A stretch of 45,030 bases of DNA from an uncultured Alphaproteobacteria bacterium (GTDB lineage Bacteria; Pseudomonadota; Alphaproteobacteria; Methylaequorales; Methylaequoraceae): positions 1-45,030 of the forward strand of contig CAYYMX010000002.1 in the NCBI GenBank assembly GCA_964473045.1. The letters are read 5' to 3'. Both the position numbers and the translations under genes were made by a program. How positions within the stretch are numbered: the first letter of the stretch is position 1; every line of letters starts with the position of its first letter. Shown here in pieces: positions 8,881-17,318 of the stretch. The notes beneath the pieces are model-generated. The model was given only the letters and a program-made list of their open reading frames with translations. It was not told the origin of the DNA and did not search any database.

Positions 8881-8930
8881 GGGAAGACCACTGTTTTAAG
8901 GGAGGAAATATTATGATTTTAGGTCTTCCC
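8881..8930 (+). other. GC-rich inverted repeat (9-bp stem GGGAAGACC/GGTCTTCCC, 32-nt loop) 19 nt downstream of the receptor gene; possibly a transcript-end or regulatory RNA structure
   Basis: A perfect 9-bp stem was read directly from the sequence, and it is the most GC-rich non-tRNA intergenic patch in the window. No T-run follows the stem (GTTGTTCAATTTT), so it is not a canonical intrinsic terminator. Confidence 0.4.
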
Positions 8931-9081
8931 GTTGTTCAATTTTCTGACACTAATCAGAAAGTAACTAAAATACGCAATATTCATGCCATCAAAATTTTGT
9001 AATCTAGATTTTGTAGAAACAATTTTTGGTTTAAGTTATTATAATAATAAAAAACCATTATTTTTATAGTATTTATTAGAC

Positions 9082-9495
9082 ATGGAGAACTTTCAATTAA
9101 CTTTTTCTGCTTTTTTGTTTCCAGCTATTCCATTAATGATGTTAAATTTTGGAAATAGGTGGGTTGCTCTTAGTACTCTCATTAGAAAAGTTCACACAGA
9201 ATTTATTAATAAGAAAGTCACCAAAAAAGAAAAGTCAGCTATGAGATATCTAGAACAAATAAAAATCTTAAATCTTAGACTTAAATACGTTAAAACTATG
9301 CAATTTTTTTCAGGGTTAGCATTTTTATTCAATTTGATAACAATTTTAACTGGCATATATAATTTAGAAATGGCTTTGGTTTTTTTTGTGTTAGCTTTGC
9401 TTCTTTTTTCATTTGCAATTTTAGTTTTTTTAGTTGAAATCCAATTAAGCAGTAAAGCTTTAAAAACTCATCTTGATGATTTAGAAAATATTTAA
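9082..9495 (+). CDS. DUF2721-like membrane protein (tentative)
   Basis: 137-aa ORF. The N-terminal segment FPAIPLMMLNFGNRWVALSTLIRKVH and two C-terminal transmembrane helices resemble DUF2721. Confidence 0.5.
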   Translation: MENFQLTFSAFLFPAIPLMMLNFGNRWVALSTLIRKVHTEFINKKVTKKEKSAMRYLEQIKILNLRLKYVKTMQFFSGLAFLFNLITILTGIYNLEMALVFFVLALLLFSFAILVFLVEIQLSSKALKTHLDDLENI

Positions 9496-9532
9496 TAATT
9501 TAAATTTTTATTAGTAAGTAAGGTCATTCCAT

Positions 9533-10828
9533 TTGTACAAGGAACTTTCAAAACATCCTAGTGGACTAAGCACATTATTTTTAACTGAATTGTGGGAAAG
9601 ATTTAGCTATTATGGAATGAGAGCCATTTTAGTTCTATATTTAATCTCTGGCAAAGATTCTCAAAACCCTGGTATGGGTTGGTCACATTCCGAAGCTATA
9701 AGTTTATATGGTTGGTACACTGCACTTGTTTATATTGCATGCATCCCTGGCGGAATGATTGCCGACAAAATACTTGGTAATAAAAGATCCGTTCTTTATG
9801 GAGGGGGGCTTCTTTGTATTGGTCACTTATCACTTGCTATACAAAATAATTTCTTTTTTTTTTTAGGTTTGTTACTAATTATTCTAGGCGTTGGTTTACT
9901 TAAACCAAATATCTCCACTCTTGTAGGAAACCTTTATAACAAAAATGACCCAAGAAGAGATCAGGGGTTTACAATTTTCTATATTGGAATTAATTTAGGG
10001 GCTTTTTTTTCAAGTCTTCTAGTAGGCTATGTTGGTGAGGTATATGGTTGGCATTTTGGTTTTTCTCTTGCAGGCATAGGAATGCTAATTGGTCAACTAA
10101 TTTTTGTTAATGGAAATCAAAATTTGATTGAAAATAAGGTTTCGAAGAAAAAATACGTAAAAAAATTAAGATTTACTGATATAGAAATAGATAGAATAAA
10201 GTTAATGTTTCTAGCTTTTATTATATTAATTATTTTCTGGGCATCATTTGAACAGGCGGGTGGATTAATGAATATATATGCTTTTGAAAAAACTGATAGA
10301 AGTATTAATTTTATTAATTGGGAAGTTCCAGCAAGCTGGTTTCAATCAATAAATCCTTTAATGATAATTTTGTTTGGTTTTTTTGTTTCATCATTCTGGC
10401 TCTTATTTAAAGGTAAAGTCTATGCTTCTTCTCTTTCTAAAATAGTTATTGGTCTTATAGTTATGGGTATCGGGTTTGTGTTTATGTTCTTTGCCTCTAT
10501 TGAGGCATCCATTTTTGGCAAATCATCGATGTATTGGTTACTACTAGCTTATTTTTTTCATACCATAGGAGAACTTTGTGCCTCACCTGTAATTTTGTCT
10601 TATATTACTAAATTATCTCCGACACAACTCACAGCATCATTAATGGGTCTTTACTTTGCTGCAATAGGATTAGGAAATAAATTAGCTGGATATGTAGGCC
10701 AGTATTCAGAAAATTTAGGAGAAAAAACTATATTTATAAGCATTAGTATTGTTTGTACATCTGTAGGCACAATAACTTTGCTATTTATCAAGAAGTTAAA
10801 TAAACTTTCCCATGGTATAGACAGTTAA
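9533..10828 (+). CDS. Proton-dependent oligopeptide transporter (POT/PTR2 family, MFS)
   Basis: 431-aa ORF with a TTG start. It carries the PTR2 signature ELWERFSYYGMRAILVLYL and multiple transmembrane segments. Confidence 0.85.
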   Translation: MYKELSKHPSGLSTLFLTELWERFSYYGMRAILVLYLISGKDSQNPGMGWSHSEAISLYGWYTALVYIACIPGGMIADKILGNKRSVLYGGGLLCIGHLSLAIQNNFFFFLGLLLIILGVGLLKPNISTLVGNLYNKNDPRRDQGFTIFYIGINLGAFFSSLLVGYVGEVYGWHFGFSLAGIGMLIGQLIFVNGNQNLIENKVSKKKYVKKLRFTDIEIDRIKLMFLAFIILIIFWASFEQAGGLMNIYAFEKTDRSINFINWEVPASWFQSINPLMIILFGFFVSSFWLLFKGKVYASSLSKIVIGLIVMGIGFVFMFFASIEASIFGKSSMYWLLLAYFFHTIGELCASPVILSYITKLSPTQLTASLMGLYFAAIGLGNKLAGYVGQYSENLGEKTIFISISIVCTSVGTITLLFIKKLNKLSHGIDS

Positions 10829-10875
10829 TTTGATTTAGCAAGTGATGATGCTAATTTAGTCAAGAATAATTTTTG

Positions 10876-10952
10876 GCGCCCGTAGCTCAATTGGATAGAG
10901 CATTTGATTTCGGCTCAAAAGGTTAAGGGTTCGACTCCTTTCGGGCGCGCCA
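10876..10952 (+). tRNA. tRNA-Arg, anticodon UCG, CCA encoded
   Basis: Acceptor is GCGCCCG/CGGGCGC. D-arm is GCTCAATTGGATAGAGC. Anticodon stem is TTTGA/TCAAA with loop TT-TCG-GC. T-arm is AAGGG-TTCGACT-CCTTT. The acceptor and D arms are nearly identical to E. coli tRNA-Arg(CCG) as I remember it. Confidence 0.9.
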
Positions 10953-10998
10953 TAATTCAAAGAAAGTTATATCTTAAACAGTTATTTTTTAAAATTTA

Positions 10999-11199
10999 GT
11001 GGAAACCTTAATAAAAACAAATGATTTAGTATATGTAAGCTGGATTAAACATCAGTTAAGCACACACAATATAGAATTTCTTGTTCTTGATGAATCGATG
11101 GCTATCACCGAAGGTAATATTTCTGCAATTCCAATTAGAATAGTTGTTAGTTCAGAAAATCTAAAAAAAGCCAGAAATCTAATTAACACAAATTCCTAA
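10999..11199 (+). CDS. DUF2007-like small protein (putative signal-transducing domain)
   Basis: 66-aa ORF with a GTG start. The pattern ...VYVSWIKHQLSTHNIEFLVLDE... followed by ...IRIVVSSENLKKARNLI resembles DUF2007. Confidence 0.5.
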   Translation: METLIKTNDLVYVSWIKHQLSTHNIEFLVLDESMAITEGNISAIPIRIVVSSENLKKARNLINTNS

Positions 11200-11222
11200 A
11201 TACGTGTATATACAGTATTAAA

Positions 11223-11948
11223 TCATGAAAATAAAATAATTGGATTGCTGTTTTCCTTAAGCCACATTTTTTTTGCTTTATAATCAGGAACAAACTTAGA
11301 CAAAATTTCCCAGAATTTTTTTGAATGATTATGTTCTTCTATATGGCAAAGTTCATGGACTATTACATAATCAATAATTTTTGGAGGCAACAAAACTAAC
11401 TTCCAGTTCAAATAAATGTCACCAGATGCAGAGCATGCACCCCATCTAGCTTTATAGTTTTTTATATAAACATTATTAAAAAAAATTTTGATTCTTGTTG
11501 AAATAGATTTCGTTCGCTCTTTTAGGTATTTCTCAGATTTGTTCCTACTCCAATTTATTATTAGCTTTTTAATATTTTTTAGTGACTGATTACTAGAACT
11601 TATAACCAAATTATCATTTATCATACAAACTTTATTAGAATATGATTTTTTAAATGTAAATTTTTTTTCCTGACCAAAAAGTATTATTTTTCCACTTTTC
11701 AACAAGGTGTCTAATGACTCTTTCTGATTCTTCTGTTCATCAATTTTTTTTTGTATCCAAGTCCTTTTTTTATTAATTATAGTCTGGATCTGACGATCAG
11801 ATGTAAAGAAAGGACATAAAATTACTGCTCTGCCTTCTTTTATTTGTAGAGAAATGGTCCTGATTCTTTTTGTTCTTTTAATTTTAACATTGGAAAGAAA
11901 AGACTCTCTTTTAAAATATTTTGTTAAAAAATTCAACATTTTATCCAT
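11223..11948 (-). CDS. YgjP-like metal-dependent hydrolase (DUF45 / M48-related)
   Basis: 241-aa ORF with the zinc motif HELCHIEEHNHSKKFW near the C-terminus, typical of DUF45/YgjP. Confidence 0.75.
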   Translation of the reverse strand: MDKMLNFLTKYFKRESFLSNVKIKRTKRIRTISLQIKEGRAVILCPFFTSDRQIQTIINKKRTWIQKKIDEQKNQKESLDTLLKSGKIILFGQEKKFTFKKSYSNKVCMINDNLVISSSNQSLKNIKKLIINWSRNKSEKYLKERTKSISTRIKIFFNNVYIKNYKARWGACSASGDIYLNWKLVLLPPKIIDYVIVHELCHIEEHNHSKKFWEILSKFVPDYKAKKMWLKENSNPIILFS

Positions 11949-12000
11949 TAAAATATCAGTTATTTATAGTTTTTTTAATCTTTAAAAAAAATTTCACAAA

Positions 12001-12579
12001 TTATTTTCCAACAAATCTTAATATATTTCTTTCTCTCACTCTCTCAACTAATGAAAGTGATCCATAATTAATCTTTTCCCAATATTTTTTTATCAATTGG
12101 TCGAATGATTTATTAGTTAAAATTGCTATCATACCATTAATAGATCCAGCATGAGCTATTATAAAAACATCTTTATTTCTAAGGATAACATTATCTAAAA
12201 ACAGACTTAATCTAAACAAAAACTCATTGTTTGTTTCTCCATTAGGAACCTTAAATGTCAGTAAGTTATTTTCCCATTCCTTTATTTGTTCTTTTGGAAT
12301 TGAATCCATTTTTTTCATCTCCCAATCACCTAGATTTAATTCCTTTAATCTTTCATCTACAATTACTGTCTTTGAAAGAGTTTTAGCAAGCTTATGGCAT
12401 CTGATCAAAGGACTAGTAAAAACTTGAATCTTTTCTAAATTTATTTTTTGGCTAGCAATTTTTTTCTTTACAATTTTCACATCATCATTGAAAGTATCTG
12501 ACACATCAATATCTGTTTGTCCATAAAAAATATCCTTGGCAATTTTAAGCGATGTATGTCTAAGAAAAAAGAACTTCAT
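12001..12579 (-). CDS. Histidine phosphatase family protein (phosphoglycerate-mutase/CobC-like)
   Basis: 192-aa ORF with an N-terminal FLRHT (RH catalytic motif) and a later AHAGSING. Confidence 0.7.
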   Translation of the reverse strand: MKFFFLRHTSLKIAKDIFYGQTDIDVSDTFNDDVKIVKKKIASQKINLEKIQVFTSPLIRCHKLAKTLSKTVIVDERLKELNLGDWEMKKMDSIPKEQIKEWENNLLTFKVPNGETNNEFLFRLSLFLDNVILRNKDVFIIAHAGSINGMIAILTNKSFDQLIKKYWEKINYGSLSLVERVRERNILRFVGK

Positions 12580-12852
12580 TTAGTATAAAATTTCAAAACT
12601 ACAAAATTCTTTAAAAGTTACGTCCTGTAATTCGATTTTGATCACCTTAGAAAACATTGGCCCCATATAACATTTTTTTAAAAATATTTTTTTTTCCTTT
12701 TCTTCTCCACTAATCTCAAACTCAACTGTTTTATCATCACAGTTTTTAACCCATCCTGTTAGTGAATTTTTTATTGCAGTATTTCTTACCCAAACTCTAT
12801 AACCAACACCTTGAACCTTGCCAAAGACTTTACAAAGGGTATTAGTTTTCAT
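12580..12852 (-). CDS. acyP: Acylphosphatase
   Basis: 90-aa ORF with the VFGKVQGVGYR motif and GWVKN...D..VE. Confidence 0.85.
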   Translation of the reverse strand: MKTNTLCKVFGKVQGVGYRVWVRNTAIKNSLTGWVKNCDDKTVEFEISGEEKEKKIFLKKCYMGPMFSKVIKIELQDVTFKEFCSFEILY

Positions 12853-13243
12853 CTAAATCTCTATAATCAACCTCAATAATTTCTTCTTTACTTGGTTTGT
12901 TTTTATTTTTTTCTTTATATACTGAACTCTTTAATTTATCTGGCACAATATTCCAAACAAAATTTCTAAAAGATCTTATTAACAAGATTAAACCTAATAT
13001 GTCACTAACAAATCCAGGAATAATTAATAAGATTCCAGCAATTTTTTTGTAAACCCAACTTTCAGGCTCACGAGCTATTTTTTCAATTTCACCTACAGTA
13101 TTTGAGGATTTAAGCAAGAATAATCCGAAAAAACCAGTAAGAAAAATCATTACTATCACTAAGAAAAAACCAAACAAATCTCCAAATAATATAAATGCAA
13201 GGATTTCTAAGAACGGATACAATAATATTAATTTAAGATTCAT
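12842..13243 (-). CDS. fxsA: FxsA family membrane protein
   Basis: 133-aa ORF. The N-terminal transmembrane pair and the IPGFVSDILGLILLI motif are typical of FxsA. It overlaps acyP by 11 nt. Confidence 0.65.
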   Translation of the reverse strand: MNLKLILLYPFLEILAFILFGDLFGFFLVIVMIFLTGFFGLFLLKSSNTVGEIEKIAREPESWVYKKIAGILLIIPGFVSDILGLILLIRSFRNFVWNIVPDKLKSSVYKEKNKNKPSKEEIIEVDYRDLDEN

Positions 13244-13287
13244 AATTTATATTTATCATCAAAATGTTTTTTATAAAATAACAAAAA

Positions 13288-13713
13288 ATGTTAATAAATT
13301 TAGACAACTATTTACTCTTAATTGTAAAAACCATGATACCCTTTCTATTAGGTAGTCTGATTTTTTTCTCCACTGTGGTGGCACCAAACACTTTCCAAAA
13401 TTTAGATAAGAAGAATTCTAGAAAATTTATAAGGTCTATCTTTCCTAAATTATATTTGTGGTCAATATTTATAAGCCTAGTTATATTTTTGTGCTTGATA
13501 AAATTGAATGTTTTACATTCTTTTTTATTTTTTATAATTTTATTAGGCTATGTATACTCTAAAACTTTTTTAATAAAAAGAATAAACAAGGTTGGTGACA
13601 AAAATCTAATGAAAGAAACAGAGAAAAAAGAATTTGAAAATCTTCACAGATTAAGCGTATTTATATTTTTGTTACAAATAATTTTAATGTTATCAATTTA
13701 TTTTTTAATTTAA
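13288..13713 (+). CDS. Small integral membrane protein (possibly DUF4149/TMEM205-like)
   Basis: 141-aa ORF with four predicted hydrophobic helices. The family assignment is tentative. Confidence 0.35.
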   Translation: MLINLDNYLLLIVKTMIPFLLGSLIFFSTVVAPNTFQNLDKKNSRKFIRSIFPKLYLWSIFISLVIFLCLIKLNVLHSFLFFIILLGYVYSKTFLIKRINKVGDKNLMKETEKKEFENLHRLSVFIFLLQIILMLSIYFLI

Positions 13714-14465
13714 TCTTTCAGCAACCTTTGAAGGAGCTCATAATTTACTAGTTTTTCATGACAATTTACACCTTCAATATACTTGAATGGTTTTTTATAA
13801 TCCCCAAGATCCGAAATAATCAATTTTGCTCCATTAAACTTTTCATTTTCTGTAAAAACTGAAGGAGTAATTATGACTCTAAGATTAGCTCCAACAGCTG
13901 CCTCAAGACCTCTTGGTGAATCTTCAATTACAACACAGGACTGAGGAGGCAACTTAAGTTTTTCCAATATCCATTCATAAATTTCAGGAGACGGTTTTTT
14001 GTTAATTGTGCATTCGCCATGAGCAACAATATCAAAATAATCATTAAGTTCTATTTTCAGTCCCTTTTGGAATAGATTATTTACATTTTCTTCAGATGTT
14101 GAAGAAACTAAACCAAGCTTCACCTCTTTTTCTCTTAGCTCTGTAATCAATCTTAATACACCGGGTCTAAGTCTAATACTAGATTCAGTTAGATAATCTT
14201 TATAAATCTCATTCTTTATTTTGTGAATTGAGCTAATATATTTTGTCAAGTTCTTGTAATTTAGCATCTCTGGCCAAGCTCTATTAATATAGTGTTTTAT
14301 TCTCTCTTGACCTCCACCCATTTGTATTAATTCCTTATAAATTGCCTCATCCCAATACCAATCTAGACTAAACTCCTTAAATGATTCGTTAAATGATCTT
14401 CTGTGAAGATCCTCTGTTTCTGCAATCGTTCCATCTACATCAAAGAACACAGCATTAAGTTTCAT
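13710..14465 (-). CDS. HAD-IA hydrolase, CbbY-like sugar-phosphate phosphatase
   Basis: 251-aa ORF with HAD motif I FFDVDGTIAETE, a cap domain, and motifs VSST, KKPSP and EDSPRG. The N-terminus is very similar to CbbY proteins as I remember them. It overlaps hldE by 11 nt. Confidence 0.8.
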   Translation of the reverse strand: MKLNAVFFDVDGTIAETEDLHRRSFNESFKEFSLDWYWDEAIYKELIQMGGGQERIKHYINRAWPEMLNYKNLTKYISSIHKIKNEIYKDYLTESSIRLRPGVLRLITELREKEVKLGLVSSTSEENVNNLFQKGLKIELNDYFDIVAHGECTINKKPSPEIYEWILEKLKLPPQSCVVIEDSPRGLEAAVGANLRVIITPSVFTENEKFNGAKLIISDLGDYKKPFKYIEGVNCHEKLVNYELLQRLLKD

Positions 14466-15891
14466 TCTTAATTCTCCTAATTATTGAAGATGTAGATTTT
14501 CCTTTTAAACATTTAATTAACACTACTTTTCCTCCCCAACTAACTACTTCTTTATGGCCAACAACCTGTTCCTTTTGATAATCATCGCCTTTAAAAATTA
14601 ATGCTGGTTTTATTTTATTGATTAGCTTAATAGGGGTTAATTCGTCAAAAATCACAATCATATCAATAAAGTTAAAATTGGACAAAATTTTTGCTCTTTC
14701 TTCATGTTTAATTATTGGTCTTTGTCTTCCTTTTAACTTTTTTACTGACCTATCACTATTTAGACCCAGAACAAGTAAGTCGCATTGACCCTTTGCTTTC
14801 TTCAAATAATCAATATGACCATCATGCAATAGGTCAAAACATCCATTAGTAAATCCTATTTTTTTTTCTTTATGATTATTATAAATCTCTTTGAAAGCTT
14901 CAATTGCCGTAAATATTTTTTTTTCATCATCTGTGTTTTTAATAATTTCATCTCTTGAAACACTTGCAGTTCCAAACTTTCCAACAGCAATACCAGCAGC
15001 TTTATTAGCTAATATTGCTGCCTTTTTTAAATCCTCTCCTTTTGCTATACTTACAGCAAGATATGCAACAACAGTATCCCCAGCTCCAGAAACATCAAAA
15101 ACCTCAAGTGCTTCAGACGACAAATTAAATTCATTACCATTATCAAATATTATGGTCATACCTTTTGAGCTTCTTGTAGTTAGTACAGCCGAAAAAGAAT
15201 AATCATCTATTAATCTCTTGGACAGCTTTTGTATTAAATTAGGTGTGTTTTCATAGATAGAAGGAGTACTTGTTGATACTAATAGCTCCTGAAAATTAGG
15301 AGTAATGACGTTAGCATTTTTATATAATTCAAATGAGTGCCTCTTAGGATCAACAAGAACAATCTTTTTTTTTTTTCTTGATATTTTTATAATTTCTTTC
15401 AGAAGCTTCTCAACTAGCATCCCCTTATTGTAATCAGAAATTACTACAACATTAAATTTGTCTATATGCTTTTTAAAAATTGTTAAAATTTTCGATTGTA
15501 TCTGCTTGTTAATCGGCGAAGTTATTTCTTGATCTACTCTAAGAATTTGTTGCTGGCCAGAAACAAACCTCTTTTTTTTTGTAGTAAACCTAGAGCTATC
15601 TTCTACAAAGTTAAATGTTAAACCTTTACATTCTCTAGAAAGTTTTTTTAAAATTTCTGCCTCATTATCTTTACCAACGATGGATAGGAGGTGACATTTT
15701 CCACCAGCAGTACAAATATTCCTCGCAACATTTCCTGAGCCACCAAGAACAAATTTATCACTCTCAATTTTTAAGATAGGTATTGGAGCTTCTGGAGAAA
15801 TTCTATTTACATTTCCCTTTGAATAGGAATCAAGAATCACATCTCCTACACACAAAATTTTCTCAACAATTCTATCCTTCTTGGAATTCAT
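14455..15891 (-). CDS. hldE: Bifunctional D-glycero-beta-D-manno-heptose-7-phosphate kinase / heptose-1-phosphate adenylyltransferase
   Basis: 478-aa ORF. The N-terminal half is a PfkB kinase domain (DVSGAGDT). The C-terminal half is a cytidylyltransferase domain (GCFDLLHDGH). Confidence 0.9.
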   Translation of the reverse strand: MNSKKDRIVEKILCVGDVILDSYSKGNVNRISPEAPIPILKIESDKFVLGGSGNVARNICTAGGKCHLLSIVGKDNEAEILKKLSRECKGLTFNFVEDSSRFTTKKKRFVSGQQQILRVDQEITSPINKQIQSKILTIFKKHIDKFNVVVISDYNKGMLVEKLLKEIIKISRKKKKIVLVDPKRHSFELYKNANVITPNFQELLVSTSTPSIYENTPNLIQKLSKRLIDDYSFSAVLTTRSSKGMTIIFDNGNEFNLSSEALEVFDVSGAGDTVVAYLAVSIAKGEDLKKAAILANKAAGIAVGKFGTASVSRDEIIKNTDDEKKIFTAIEAFKEIYNNHKEKKIGFTNGCFDLLHDGHIDYLKKAKGQCDLLVLGLNSDRSVKKLKGRQRPIIKHEERAKILSNFNFIDMIVIFDELTPIKLINKIKPALIFKGDDYQKEQVVGHKEVVSWGGKVVLIKCLKGKSTSSIIRRIKNET

Positions 15892-16835
15892 AATTTTCTT
15901 CCTTTTTTCAACAAAGAATCAAAAAATTCTATTGTCTTTTTCAGACCCGTTTTTCGATCAAAAACTGGAGCCCAATTTAATTCATTCTTTGCGACAGCTA
16001 TATCAGGACATCTTTGCTTTGGGTCATCTTGAGGTAAATTCTTATAAACAATCTTGGACGAACTTCCTGTCATTTCAACAATCTCTTTTGCAAGTTTAGA
16101 AATTGCTATTTCTGAAGGATTACCTAAATTCATTGGTCCAGGAAAATTATCTTTATTCATCATTAAAAATATACCTTTAACAAGGTCGTCAACATAGCAG
16201 AATGATCTCGTCTGGCTTCCATCTCCATAAACAGTTATATCCTTATTTGTTAATGCTTGGATTATAAAATTGGATACTACTCGTCCATCATTAGGCTGCA
16301 TCCTTGGCCCATAGGTATTGAAAATTCTTATCACCTTAACATCTATTTTGTGTTGTCTTTGATAATCCCAAAAAATTGTTTCTGCACATCTTTTCCCCTC
16401 ATCATAACAAGCTCTAGGCCCATCGATACGGACAGCTCCACGATAATCCTCGGGCTGGGGGTGAATTTCTGGGTCTCCATAAATCTCAGATGTTGATGCC
16501 TGAATAATTCTAGCATTATTCCTTTTAGCCATGCCTAAAACGTTAATCGCCCCATGAACACACGTTTTTACAGTTTGGACTGGATCATTTTGATAATGAA
16601 TGGGTGATGCAGGACAAGCAAAATTATATATTTCATCAATCTCTAAGAATAAAGGAAATGTAATATCATGTTTTATTAATTTAAAATTTTTGTTGTCGAT
16701 AATTTTTTTCAGATTATCTTTGTTTCCTGTATAAAAATTATCACAGCATACAACTGAATGACCTTCATTAACAAGACCTTCACACAGATAAGATCCTATG
16801 AATCCTGCACCACCTGTAACTAAAATTTTTTTCAT
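15888..16835 (-). CDS. UDP-glucuronate decarboxylase (UDP-xylose synthase), SDR family
   Basis: 315-aa ORF with motifs GGAGFIGS, ASTSEIYGDP and YDEGKR (YxxxK). Confidence 0.85.
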   Translation of the reverse strand: MKKILVTGGAGFIGSYLCEGLVNEGHSVVCCDNFYTGNKDNLKKIIDNKNFKLIKHDITFPLFLEIDEIYNFACPASPIHYQNDPVQTVKTCVHGAINVLGMAKRNNARIIQASTSEIYGDPEIHPQPEDYRGAVRIDGPRACYDEGKRCAETIFWDYQRQHKIDVKVIRIFNTYGPRMQPNDGRVVSNFIIQALTNKDITVYGDGSQTRSFCYVDDLVKGIFLMMNKDNFPGPMNLGNPSEIAISKLAKEIVEMTGSSSKIVYKNLPQDDPKQRCPDIAVAKNELNWAPVFDRKTGLKKTIEFFDSLLKKGRKL

Positions 16836-17275
16836 CTTAATTTAATATTTATTTCAACAGTATCGCCTGCATCCAAAAAAAAGGATGCTTCTTTAAAATC
16901 TGGTGGACCTAGAAAAACTGCTGCATCATTACTAAAGCCATATTTCTCTTCAGGAAAAGACAAGAAAGTATCAAATTCATTGTTAGAGTTTTCATCGTGA
17001 TAAATTGCCATTGCATAATATCCTTCTTTAAGATTATCAATAATAACACCCTCTTGGGAAACTTTCGTAACTTCCTCAGTAAAACCCAATAGTTTTCCGT
17101 TCTGTTCAGGAAAAAAATCAGGTTTGTCATACAGTGCAAAATGAATTAATCCAATTCTTGAATCAAAATTATTTACTCTAACTATTAATTTTCCGGCATT
17201 CCCCACAGAATGAAAAAAAAAAAACAAAGTGAATAGAAAAAAAATTAAATTCATAATCTTTGGTATTTTATACAT
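16832..17275 (-). CDS. DUF2141 domain secreted protein
   Basis: 147-aa ORF with a signal peptide. The stretch YAMAIYHDENSNNEFDT...EKYGFSND is typical of DUF2141. An alternative start exists at 17254. Confidence 0.7.
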   Translation of the reverse strand: MYKIPKIMNLIFFLFTLFFFFHSVGNAGKLIVRVNNFDSRIGLIHFALYDKPDFFPEQNGKLLGFTEEVTKVSQEGVIIDNLKEGYYAMAIYHDENSNNEFDTFLSFPEEKYGFSNDAAVFLGPPDFKEASFFLDAGDTVEINIKLR

Positions 17276-17318
17276 GAGATAATATAATAAAATTATAATG
17301 GTGATATACTAAATTAAA

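Noticed and set aside
8994-9015. Direct repeat ATTTTGTA ... ATTTTGTA in the receptor/DUF2721 spacer
   Set aside because: An 8-nt AT-rich repeat occurring twice is expected by chance in this composition, and there is no further periodicity.
10835-10854. Hairpin TTAGCA-N8-TGCTAA after the POT transporter gene as an intrinsic terminator
   Set aside because: The stem is a 6-bp AT-rich helix followed by only three T residues. That is too weak to call a terminator.
10829-11222. tRNA-Arg (and tRNA-Ser at 91-180) as possible integration sites for genomic islands
   Set aside because: There is no integrase, no direct repeat of the tRNA 3' end, and no mobility gene nearby. The flanking genes are small conserved housekeeping-type ORFs.
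17213-17224. A12 homopolymer inside the DUF2141 gene as a phase-variation tract
   Set aside because: It encodes FFFF within the signal peptide. A/T runs of 8-12 nt are frequent throughout this AT-rich window, so there is no evidence for a slippage-based switch.
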